Shown here: piece after piece, positions 18,988 through 26,972 of the stretch
Layout: each line of letters opens with the position of its first letter
How positions within the stretch are numbered: position 1 is the first letter of the stretch
From: Bdellovibrionales bacterium
GTDB taxonomy: Bacteria; Pseudomonadota; Alphaproteobacteria; UBA9219
Direction: 5' to 3'
NCBI GenBank assembly: GCA_041649025.1
Contig: JBAZNY010000002.1
Coordinates: forward strand, 2,614 to 66,613
DNA: 64,000 nt
Program-made: the position numbers and the translations under genes
The notes under the pieces: model-generated
Database searches by the model: none
Told to the model about the DNA's origin: nothing
The model's input: the letters and a program-made list of their open reading frames with translations, nothing else

Positions 18988-19863
18988 ATGGCGAGGCGTT
19001 CTTGTTCCGGCTTCACGCTCGTCGAAATGGCTGTCGTTGTCGTCATCATGGGGCTTGTGATGATGACGGTTCTGCCCGCCCTTAACACGGTACGCTCGGC
19101 CAATCAGCTTTCGCTGACTCAAAGCAATTTGCGCAGCCTGATGCTGGCGACGGCTGCCTATGTTCAGGCAAACGGCTGCCTACCCTGCCCCGCAGTTCCC
19201 GGAGGAACAAACAAAAACTTCGGAAGGGTGGGGTATTACACGGGAGAAGACACGCCCTCGCCGCCGATAGCGTGCGGCGATTGCAGCAGCGCACCGCAAG
19301 GCATTCCTCCTTTTGCCTCGCTGGGCATTCCGGCTTCGACGGCGCATGACGGATGGGGACACTGGATAACAATGAGGGTCGATCCTGCGCTGACAAATCC
19401 CGACCCCGTTTTTGTTCCTCCAACGGCATCTTGCACAGCCGATGATGTCAGCATGGGTCGTTACGGATGCACAGTTGTGGGCATCGGTTCTTATAAAGGC
19501 CTCTGCAAAGCCGGCCTTAGCGCCGCAAATCGCGTTGTGGTGACCACACCCAAAGGCGGAGGGAGTCAAGAGGCAGCTGTTATATTTGTAAGCCATGGAC
19601 AGGCGGGTTACGGCTCGTATGTCGCAACGCCTAAAAAAGTCGGCGACTCTCTTTCCTTTCCAACAACTTATGCTGCATGCAGCCCTACGTCAGGTTTTGC
19701 CAGATGCAACGCGGATAACAATGCGCAGTTTTACGATGCGGCTATCGTCATAGATAACAGCAGCAAATATACTTACGACGACGTTCTGGCTTATGCCGAC
19801 CGCAACACTCTCGTCAGCATGTTCGGCAACGGCGCATGCAACACAACCTGGTCGTCGCCATGA
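18988..19863 (+). CDS. large Cys-rich type IV prepilin-like protein (291 aa)
   Basis: The leader is MARRSCSG/FTLVEMAVVVVIMGLVMM. An AAGGAG RBS lies upstream. The mature part has about a dozen Cys residues. Confidence 0.8.
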   Translation: MARRSCSGFTLVEMAVVVVIMGLVMMTVLPALNTVRSANQLSLTQSNLRSLMLATAAYVQANGCLPCPAVPGGTNKNFGRVGYYTGEDTPSPPIACGDCSSAPQGIPPFASLGIPASTAHDGWGHWITMRVDPALTNPDPVFVPPTASCTADDVSMGRYGCTVVGIGSYKGLCKAGLSAANRVVVTTPKGGGSQEAAVIFVSHGQAGYGSYVATPKKVGDSLSFPTTYAACSPTSGFARCNADNNAQFYDAAIVIDNSSKYTYDDVLAYADRNTLVSMFGNGACNTTWSSP

Positions 19864-21626
19864 ATAAAATCCTATCCATGCGCAAATCCGAAGTCGAGGG
19901 CGCGCGTCTTCGCCTTGGCGAACGGCTGCTGTACAACGGGAAAATCTCGCAGGATCAGATACAGATTGCCTTGCATGAACAGCGCCACAGCAGAGAACGT
20001 TTAGGCAGTATTCTGGTAAAATTGGGATTCTTAGACGAAGGCGCTTTGGCCGATGCCCTTGCTGCGCATACGGGCCACGAGTTGGTCGACCTTTCGTCTT
20101 TCAATATCGATCCTGACGTTCTGAACCGCGTGCCGCGCGCCGTTGCGTTGCGCTGCCGCGTCGTCCCTCTTTCCTTCGACGGCTCCGTTTTGCGCCTTGC
20201 CGTCGCCGATCCTTTGGATATCGGGTCGCTCGACGAAGTCCGCCGCTATTTTCCGCGTCAGATCGAGATTGTCCAAATGATCGCCTCGGAGACGGAGATT
20301 ACCGAGACCATCGAAGCCGAAGCACGGATGAATGTCGATTTCGACGCCGTCTTACAGGAATTGGAAAGCGGCGTGGCAACTCTGTCCGAAGAAAGCGCGG
20401 TTTGGCAGCATCCCGTCGTTAGGCTCGTCAACGTGCTTTTGACCGAGGCCGTGCGCGAGGGCGCCTCGGATATTCATCTGGAGCCTGAAAATTCTTTTGT
20501 TCGCGTTCGCGTTCGCGTGGACGGCGTTCTACGCCAGGCACACGCGTTGCATGCCTCGCATTGGCCGCGATTGTCGCACCGTCTGAAAATCATGGCGGGC
20601 ATGAATATCGCCGATACGCGAAACATGCAGGACGGGCGTTTCCATATGCACATCGGCGGCGCCGATATCGATTTCCGCATGGCGATCATGCCGACAGTCC
20701 AAGGCGAGAATATCGTCATCCGCGTTCTCGACCACCGACGCGCTCTTTTGCCTTTGGAATCTCTCGGCTATGACGCCAGTAACCTGAAGCAGATGGAACG
20801 CATTCTCGAACGTCCCGAAGGCATCGTTCTTGTCACGGGGCCGACGGGAAGCGGCAAAACGACGACGCTCTATGCGATGCTGAAAAAGCTGAGCCATGTC
20901 GGCGTCAACATCATGACGCTTGAAGAGCCCGTCGAATACCGGTTTGAGATGATCCGCCAAACCGCCGTTCAGGAACAACAGGAATGGGGCTTTGCCGAAG
21001 GCGTTCGCGGCATTCTGCGCCAAGCTCCCGACATTATCTTTATCGGCGAGGTGCGCGACGACGATACCGCGCGCATGGCGCTTCGCGCCGCCATGACGGG
21101 GCATCAGGTCTTTACGACACTGCACTGTAACGACTCTTTTGGCGCTTTGCCGCGCTTGAACGACTTAGGCCTGTCCTCGCGCACCATGGCGGGAAATATT
21201 ATCGGCATCGTTGCGCAAAGGTTGGTTAGAAAACTGTGCCCCATGTGCAAACGCACAAGGCTTGCCTCGCCGGAAGAAATGGAAATTCTCGGATACGCTA
21301 AGGCCGCGCCTGTTTCCGCGCCCGCTGCCGGTTTTGCAGAGGCGCAGGCGCGTTTAGATGCGCCCGTCATGATTGCGGAAAGCGTCGGCTGCGACGCCTG
21401 CGGTCATACGGGCTACAAAGGCCGTTCTGCCGTGACGGAAGTTTTGCGCATATCGCCGGAAATGGACGAATTAATTGCCTTAGACACGCCGCGCACGGCT
21501 TTGCGCAAACAAGCGGAAAAAGAAGGATTTTTGTCGATGGCAGACGACGGCATTGCCAAGGTTCTGCGCCTGGAAACCAGCCTCGACGAACTGCGCCGTA
21601 CTGTCGATATGACGAGGATTCCCTAA
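19860..21626 (+). CDS. GspE/PilB/MshE-family secretion ATPase
   Basis: Has an N-terminal T2SSE_N-like domain, Walker A GPTGSGKTTT, Walker B region IIFIGEVRD, His box TGHQVFTTLH and CPMC...CDAC zinc-site cysteines. The ATG at 19860 overlaps the upstream stop as ATGA. Confidence 0.93.
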   Translation: MNKILSMRKSEVEGARLRLGERLLYNGKISQDQIQIALHEQRHSRERLGSILVKLGFLDEGALADALAAHTGHELVDLSSFNIDPDVLNRVPRAVALRCRVVPLSFDGSVLRLAVADPLDIGSLDEVRRYFPRQIEIVQMIASETEITETIEAEARMNVDFDAVLQELESGVATLSEESAVWQHPVVRLVNVLLTEAVREGASDIHLEPENSFVRVRVRVDGVLRQAHALHASHWPRLSHRLKIMAGMNIADTRNMQDGRFHMHIGGADIDFRMAIMPTVQGENIVIRVLDHRRALLPLESLGYDASNLKQMERILERPEGIVLVTGPTGSGKTTTLYAMLKKLSHVGVNIMTLEEPVEYRFEMIRQTAVQEQQEWGFAEGVRGILRQAPDIIFIGEVRDDDTARMALRAAMTGHQVFTTLHCNDSFGALPRLNDLGLSSRTMAGNIIGIVAQRLVRKLCPMCKRTRLASPEEMEILGYAKAAPVSAPAAGFAEAQARLDAPVMIAESVGCDACGHTGYKGRSAVTEVLRISPEMDELIALDTPRTALRKQAEKEGFLSMADDGIAKVLRLETSLDELRRTVDMTRIP

Positions 21627-22837
21627 TGCCTTCATACACCTATCGCGCCGTACATGCTTCGGGCCGCATCTCCCACGGAGAAATGGCTGCTGTAAACGAA
21701 AACGAGCTTGTGCACACCCTGAAGGAATCCGGACTTGAGTTAATCGATTCGCGCGAAAAAAATCAAAACGTGTTGCGCTATAATTTTATAAGAAAAGGGA
21801 TTTCGCCGCGCACGCTGGCAGCTTTTTGTTCACGCCTTCACGATTTGCTTCTTTCGGGCCTTTCGTTTCCTGAAGCCTTGCATGACGTTCAAACATCTGC
21901 CGACAACCGCGTCCTTGCCGATGCTTTAGCACAAATTTCCCAAGCTATCGCCAACGGGAAAGGTATTGCGGCAGCTTTTTCCCTGTTTCCAAATTTGTTT
22001 CCGCCTCTTTTTTTCGCCATTATCGGCGCGGGAGAAAAAAGCGGCGATATGACCTCCATCTTTGATTTTCTTTCCTGCTATGCCGCTACAGACGCAAAGG
22101 CAAAAGAGCGCGTGCACCGAGCGTTGCGTTATCCGTTGTTTCTGTTTCTCATCGCAGGCGGCGCCAGCGTCTTTATGATGACGATGGTTGTGCCGCAGAT
22201 TGTTCAGTTCTTAAACGGAATCGAAGGGCATTTGCCTCTTTCGACACGCGTTTTGGTTTCTTTTTCCGCCTTCATAATCGCCAATGGTTTATTTATTCTG
22301 TCCGGTGTGTTGGTCGCTGTTTGTGCGTTGATCATGGCACGAAGGGTCTCTCCGTCTTTTGCCAAAATGCTCGATGGTTTGTTGTTGCGTTTACCTGTTA
22401 TCGGCAACGTTATCGCAAAAACGGATATCGCAAGATTTGCCCACAGTTTTTCCATCCTCTTCAGAAGCGGATGTCCTGCCGCTGATTGTCTTAAACAAGC
22501 CGGAGAAGTCCTCGGCAATTGTGCGCTGCGCGCCCGCGCAGAAAAGGCCGAACAAAGAATTCAGGAAGGCGCTTCCCTTTCGCGCGCGCTTGACGGCGTC
22601 CTGCCGTCCTTTGCCTTGGGAATATTGCGCACCGGCGAACACAGCGGGAATCTTTGCAAAAGCCTCGACGACATCGTGGACGCCTATGACCGCGAATCTA
22701 CGGAGGCCACTGATTCATTCATCGGCATGCTGGAGCCTTGTCTGACGCTTCTTATCGGCGGGCTTCTGGTCTGGACGGTTCTCGCCGTTATGGGCCCGCT
22801 TTATGGGAGCCTTTCTGTGCTCGGAGGACGGATGTGA
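21626..22837 (+). CDS. GspF/PilC/MshG-family inner-membrane platform protein
   Basis: The 403-aa product has the duplicated T2SSF architecture: two cytoplasmic helical domains, each followed by TM segments. The start overlaps the ATPase stop as TAATG. Confidence 0.9.
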   Translation: MPSYTYRAVHASGRISHGEMAAVNENELVHTLKESGLELIDSREKNQNVLRYNFIRKGISPRTLAAFCSRLHDLLLSGLSFPEALHDVQTSADNRVLADALAQISQAIANGKGIAAAFSLFPNLFPPLFFAIIGAGEKSGDMTSIFDFLSCYAATDAKAKERVHRALRYPLFLFLIAGGASVFMMTMVVPQIVQFLNGIEGHLPLSTRVLVSFSAFIIANGLFILSGVLVAVCALIMARRVSPSFAKMLDGLLLRLPVIGNVIAKTDIARFAHSFSILFRSGCPAADCLKQAGEVLGNCALRARAEKAEQRIQEGASLSRALDGVLPSFALGILRTGEHSGNLCKSLDDIVDAYDRESTEATDSFIGMLEPCLTLLIGGLLVWTVLAVMGPLYGSLSVLGGRM

Positions 22838-24312
22838 CCCTGTTCCCGCCCCGCCCCCGCATAATTCTGATGATCGGCGACGACGGCGTGATCGCAGTGC
22901 CGCATGAAATTCCTCATGCCGCGCCGATTTTCGCCCCTTCGGAAGACAAGCCTGCCGTGCAGGAAATTATTGCTTTTATCGAGCAGAATCCGCTTGCCCG
23001 CCTCACTTTGTTCGCCGATACGCTGTCTCAGGATTATCGGTGCGAAGATTTGCCGCCCTTGAATTTCTTCGACCGCATGAAGCTTATCAAGCGCAGATTA
23101 AAACAGGCTTTTCCTTCGGCTCAACTCACAACCTATTTGCGCTACAAAAATACGCCTCATCGCGTGTTGCTCATTGGATTGCATGAAAGCAATCCTGTTT
23201 TCACTTGGCTGTTTCGATTGAGGAAGAGATTGCCCGAGATTGCCCTTCTTCCCGTCGAGGGTGCGCGTCTTTCCGCACTGCTTATGCCGGAGGCGACCAA
23301 CGGCTGGGCGCTGTTGGTTAGCCGCCAGAAATCGGGCGGATTCCGGCAAATTGTGACATTTAAAAACGATCTGGTGTTCACGCGGTTGACACCCCTGCCT
23401 CCTACGGAGGATCCCGACAACGAGGCGGAAATTATCGCCCGCGATATTAAAGCCAGTCTCGATTATCTGACGCGCCAAGGCTTACGCAATCCAAATGAAT
23501 TGTCCGTCCTTTTGCTGACGCCGGATAATCTTCATGACTCTTTGATATTAAAAAACATGTCGTTAAAATCGATCCGTTCCGTGTCGCCCGCGCAGGCCGC
23601 AAAACGGCTTGGCCTTCCCTTCGGGCCGGAAGAAAACGATTCATCCTCGGATGTTTTGTTTGCCGCACATCTGGCGAGCCGTCTGCTTCCTGCCTTGCCG
23701 CTGATGCTACCCGATGCAAGAGAAGTCTGGCTGACGCAGTTTGTCCGCACGTGGGGTATGCGGGTAAGCGTCGCCTGCCTTGCGGCTGTTGTCGTGTTGA
23801 CGCTTTGGCGGGCGGGAGATTTTGCGGCAACGCTTTATCAAACGCAAAAAGAAGCTCTCCGCTTGGCTAAAACGCATTTTATTCTGGCGCAGGAACAAGC
23901 CCAAGCCGCGCCTTTAACAGAACCCTTGGCGCGTCTGCGCCAGGCTTTGGAAAGACGGCATATTTATGAACGTCCGACGCCCATGCCTTGGCGGGGGTTA
24001 AACGAACTTGCACCCGGACTTGATCAGCATTCCCAGCTTGTCGCTTTGCAGTGGAACAAGAATGAGAACGCCGAAACGGAAAGCATTAAGGTCGTTTTAC
24101 GCGTCATCAACGACGGCGTTCCTGCCGACCGCGCCGAAACAGTCGCCTCCTTCTCCCGTATCGCTCAGAATATCGCGAGCGCCATGCCGGACTATTCCAT
24201 TATTGCCGTAAAACCTCCCTACCCTGCTTTGCCGCAAGAATCCGTTACGGCAGCGTTACCTGTTGCGGAAGATCCGACCGGAGAAATTCTTTTGGAAGGA
24301 AACCTTCCATGA
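22834..24312 (+). CDS. uncharacterised bitopic assembly protein (GspL / PilM-PilN / MshI-like topology)
   Basis: A GTG at 22834 overlaps the platform stop as GTGA; the ORF track begins at 22738. It has a cytoplasmic part of about 300 aa, one TM segment (VSVACLAAVVVLTLW) and a periplasmic part of about 180 aa. The assignment rests on size, topology and context only. Confidence 0.55.
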   Translation: MTLFPPRPRIILMIGDDGVIAVPHEIPHAAPIFAPSEDKPAVQEIIAFIEQNPLARLTLFADTLSQDYRCEDLPPLNFFDRMKLIKRRLKQAFPSAQLTTYLRYKNTPHRVLLIGLHESNPVFTWLFRLRKRLPEIALLPVEGARLSALLMPEATNGWALLVSRQKSGGFRQIVTFKNDLVFTRLTPLPPTEDPDNEAEIIARDIKASLDYLTRQGLRNPNELSVLLLTPDNLHDSLILKNMSLKSIRSVSPAQAAKRLGLPFGPEENDSSSDVLFAAHLASRLLPALPLMLPDAREVWLTQFVRTWGMRVSVACLAAVVVLTLWRAGDFAATLYQTQKEALRLAKTHFILAQEQAQAAPLTEPLARLRQALERRHIYERPTPMPWRGLNELAPGLDQHSQLVALQWNKNENAETESIKVVLRVINDGVPADRAETVASFSRIAQNIASAMPDYSIIAVKPPYPALPQESVTAALPVAEDPTGEILLEGNLP

Positions 24313-24911
24313 TTGATTTCCGTCCCCATCGGGTTTGGATCGGGCTGTTGGTTCTGGCCGTTCTTTTGGGCGCAGGTAACGCCCCTTTTCTCGGCATTGC
24401 CCAACAAAAAGCCGAGGCCAAACGCGCCAAATTGCAAAAGGAAAACAAAGAAACCATAAGCGCGCTGCAACAACTGCGGGAGGACATTACAACAGCGGAA
24501 AAAATGAAGACGGAAATTGACGAAACGCTGGCGAATAAATTCCTTGCGCCCGTCGACCGCCTCCGCTCGGCGCAAATTCTTGAACGCCGCGCTGCAGAGT
24601 CCGGATTGACCCATTTTTCCTACACGTTGTCACCGGAGGAAAAGACGTTTGTCGATACGTTAGGCGTTGGAAAACAGGCGTTAGCCGTCAGTCAATGGTC
24701 AATAACGGCGGATGCGCCGACGGATGTTGACGCCTTTGCTTTTCTCGAAGCCCTGCGCCGTACGTTGCCAGGCCGCGTGACGCTGCACCGAATGTCGTTG
24801 CAACGCACCGGCCGAAAGGATGCGCCGATTTCCGGCGCCAACATCCGTCTTACGGCCAGCGGCGAATGGCTCTCGAACGGGGCAAGTTTTAATATTGCGG
24901 AGAAGAAATGA
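24309..24911 (+). CDS. uncharacterised bitopic protein (PilO/GspM/MshJ-like topology)
   Basis: Has an N-terminal TM segment (VWIGLLVLAVLLGAG), then a coiled coil (AEAKRAKLQKENKETISALQQLRED). The start overlaps the upstream stop as ATGA. Confidence 0.55.
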   Translation: MIDFRPHRVWIGLLVLAVLLGAGNAPFLGIAQQKAEAKRAKLQKENKETISALQQLREDITTAEKMKTEIDETLANKFLAPVDRLRSAQILERRAAESGLTHFSYTLSPEEKTFVDTLGVGKQALAVSQWSITADAPTDVDAFAFLEALRRTLPGRVTLHRMSLQRTGRKDAPISGANIRLTASGEWLSNGASFNIAEKK

Positions 24912-25303
24912 TGAGGAGCCTTTTATTCACCATCTTAATCTCGTGTTTTATCCTTCCCGCCGACGCGCTCGGCAGCGAGGCTCTTCCAGAGGCGTCTTTG
25001 TTCTTCACGTCGCAGGAAATGCGCGAAGCCGGAATGCTGACGCGAAAGATCCCCCCCGTCCGTGAGGGCGAAATTCACTTGGGCGCCGTTGTCTATTATG
25101 GCCCGGATGACTGGACATTATGGCTGCAAGGCACAAAGTGGACCCCGGAAACGGAACAAAGCGACCTACGTGTTCTGGAAGTGACGGCGAACGATGTTCG
25201 TTTGTTATGGCGGGGAGAAAACGGCAAAGAAGCGCAGGAAATCCTTTTGAAACCAAACCAGTCTTTCGAAATCGCGACCGGAAAAGTTATCTCCCAGCCA
25301 TAG
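24908..25303 (+). CDS. small secreted/periplasmic protein (MshK/PilP-sized)
   Basis: Has a signal-peptide-like N-terminus (MMRSLLFTILISCFILPADALG). The start overlaps the upstream stop as ATGA. Confidence 0.55.
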   Translation: MMRSLLFTILISCFILPADALGSEALPEASLFFTSQEMREAGMLTRKIPPVREGEIHLGAVVYYGPDDWTLWLQGTKWTPETEQSDLRVLEVTANDVRLLWRGENGKEAQEILLKPNQSFEIATGKVISQP

Positions 25304-25910
25304 AAGTCAAGTAGGCCAGACGGCTGCGAATGTTTTCGAGGTCAAGATTGCGAGGCAGCGTTTTGTCGTTTTTCTCGTAGGCTTCTACAACTTGCCGGTA
25401 AAGTATCGCGGCGCCTTCCCTGTCGGAAACACTGTCATACATGATCGCCAATTTAAGGCGGTAAAGCATGTTTAATGGGGCGATTTCTACAGCACGTCGC
25501 TGGTAACGTATGGCCTGGGCAATATTTCCCTGACGCATAAAATTCTGCGCGACAGAAACATGGGCGCCCACACCTTCTTCAACCTTTATCTCCAGAACAG
25601 GCGGTAACGTCTTTTGAGATAAAGAAGAATTTGTCGTTGTCGCGTTTACAGCTTCATCGCCCCAAAGTGCGGGCGCATCGGAGTTTAGGGTAATGTCGAA
25701 AGGCTCATTTTTTTCCGGAGGCGGGCTAAATCCGTCAATGGCCACCATTTGAAAAGCGCCTAATAAAAAAACAAAAGCTCCGAGGACAACTGCGGACGCA
25801 ATTTTCTTCACGCTCCACCCCGTGCGAGGAAGAACGACATAAGACACCCGATGTGCTTCTCTTGGGCGTTGATCGTTGGCCGGAATGCGGCGTTTTTTGA
25901 CGGCAGTCAT
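25287..25910 (-). CDS. membrane-anchored TPR protein (MshN/PilF-like candidate)
   Basis: Has one TM segment (IASAVVLGAFVFLLGAF) and C-terminal TPR-like helices (AQNFMRQGNIAQAIRYQRRAVEIAP...). Start refined to the ATG at 25910. It converges on the pilus operon and overlaps it by 17 nt. Confidence 0.6.
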   Translation of the reverse strand: MTAVKKRRIPANDQRPREAHRVSYVVLPRTGWSVKKIASAVVLGAFVFLLGAFQMVAIDGFSPPPEKNEPFDITLNSDAPALWGDEAVNATTTNSSLSQKTLPPVLEIKVEEGVGAHVSVAQNFMRQGNIAQAIRYQRRAVEIAPLNMLYRLKLAIMYDSVSDREGAAILYRQVVEAYEKNDKTLPRNLDLENIRSRLAYLTSMAGR

Positions 25911-26143
25911 AAAAAAATTTCTAGCATAGGATGTACTGCAATACGATCCCTTATTGCACACCCATGTAGTAACGCTCTTTTTCTAATTGGTTGTTTTTAT
26001 TCGTTTTATCCGTTGATGCCTTCCTGTCCCCATGAATGGACAATTATAAGTTGAATCCTTTGCGTGTTATAAATTTCTTTTAGGTGAATCCTGTTTTTGT
26101 TTGTTACAAAGATTCGTTAGACATACTTTTTCATGAGTGCCCC

Positions 26144-26548
26144 ATGCTTCCTTCGGACACCCCTATTCTTTTAGTAGATGATGACGTGGTCATGCTTCAG
26201 ACCACGCAGAAAATCTTAAATGGCGCAGGATATAAAAACATTCAAACCGCCAATAACGGTGAAGAGGCTTTGACTATGATCAAAGCCGTGTTGAACACCG
26301 AGAAAATGTACAAAATCATATTTCTCGATTGGGATATGCCGAAGATGGATGGGCTTGCTTTTCTCAAAATCTGCCGTGGCGACCTCGCCCTTAAAGACAT
26401 CGCCATTATTATGCTGACTTCCTTTACGGATCAGAAAAGCCTCATTCTTGCACTGGGAAGCGGAGCAACGTCTTTTATGACAAAGCCCGTCGCCGCCGAA
26501 GCTCTATTAAATAAAGTCGAGCAGATTTCAAATTGGATTGACGCGTAG
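26144..26548 (+). CDS. single-domain CheY-like response regulator
   Basis: All receiver landmarks are present: LLVDDD, FLDWDMPKMDG, MLTS and TKP. Start refined to the ATG at 26144. Confidence 0.85.
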   Translation: MLPSDTPILLVDDDVVMLQTTQKILNGAGYKNIQTANNGEEALTMIKAVLNTEKMYKIIFLDWDMPKMDGLAFLKICRGDLALKDIAIIMLTSFTDQKSLILALGSGATSFMTKPVAAEALLNKVEQISNWIDA

Positions 26549-26560
26549 CGCATTTTAGTC

Positions 26561-26972
26561 TGGATCCCCGCTTTCAGGCACGGGGGACACAATAAAATGG
26601 GCTAAAGGCCCCTATTTTAAAGGGCATTGAAGCCCATTTTATTGTGTCCCCTGCGCTATGTCCCCTGCGCTATGTCCCCTGCGCCACCTTCGCGCGTTGC
26701 GCTCGGTTCGTGTGGCATGGATCCCCGCCTTCCGGCTTCGCTAAAGCTACGCCGGACAAGTCGCGGGGATACGCATTTTCCTAAGCTCACCTTCGCGCTT
26801 CGCGCTCGGTTCGTGTGGCCTGGATCCCCGCCTTCGCGGGGATATGCATTTTCCTAAGCTCACCTTCGCGCTTCGCGCTCGGTTCGTGTGGCCTGGATCC
26901 CCGCCTTCGCGGGGATACGCATTTTCCTAAGCTCACCTTCGCGCTTCGCGCTCGGTTCGCTAAGGAAAATTG
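26561..26972. repeat. composite intergenic repeat nest
   Basis: Contains a perfect 20-bp inverted repeat (26583-26602 with 26632-26651). Contains a 14-bp unit TGTCCCCTGCGCTA repeated three times (26645-26686). Contains about 3.5 tandem copies of a 73-bp unit starting TGGATCCCCGCCTTCGCGGGGATA at 26718, 26821 and 26894. The first of these copies has a 30-bp insertion. Confidence 0.9.

Noticed and set aside
26627-26857. 76-aa ORF in the repeat nest, and the possibility that the 73-bp tandem units form a CRISPR array.
   Set aside because: The ORF is generated by the repeats themselves. The repeats are directly adjacent, with no unique spacers of constant length and no cas genes nearby, so this is not a CRISPR.
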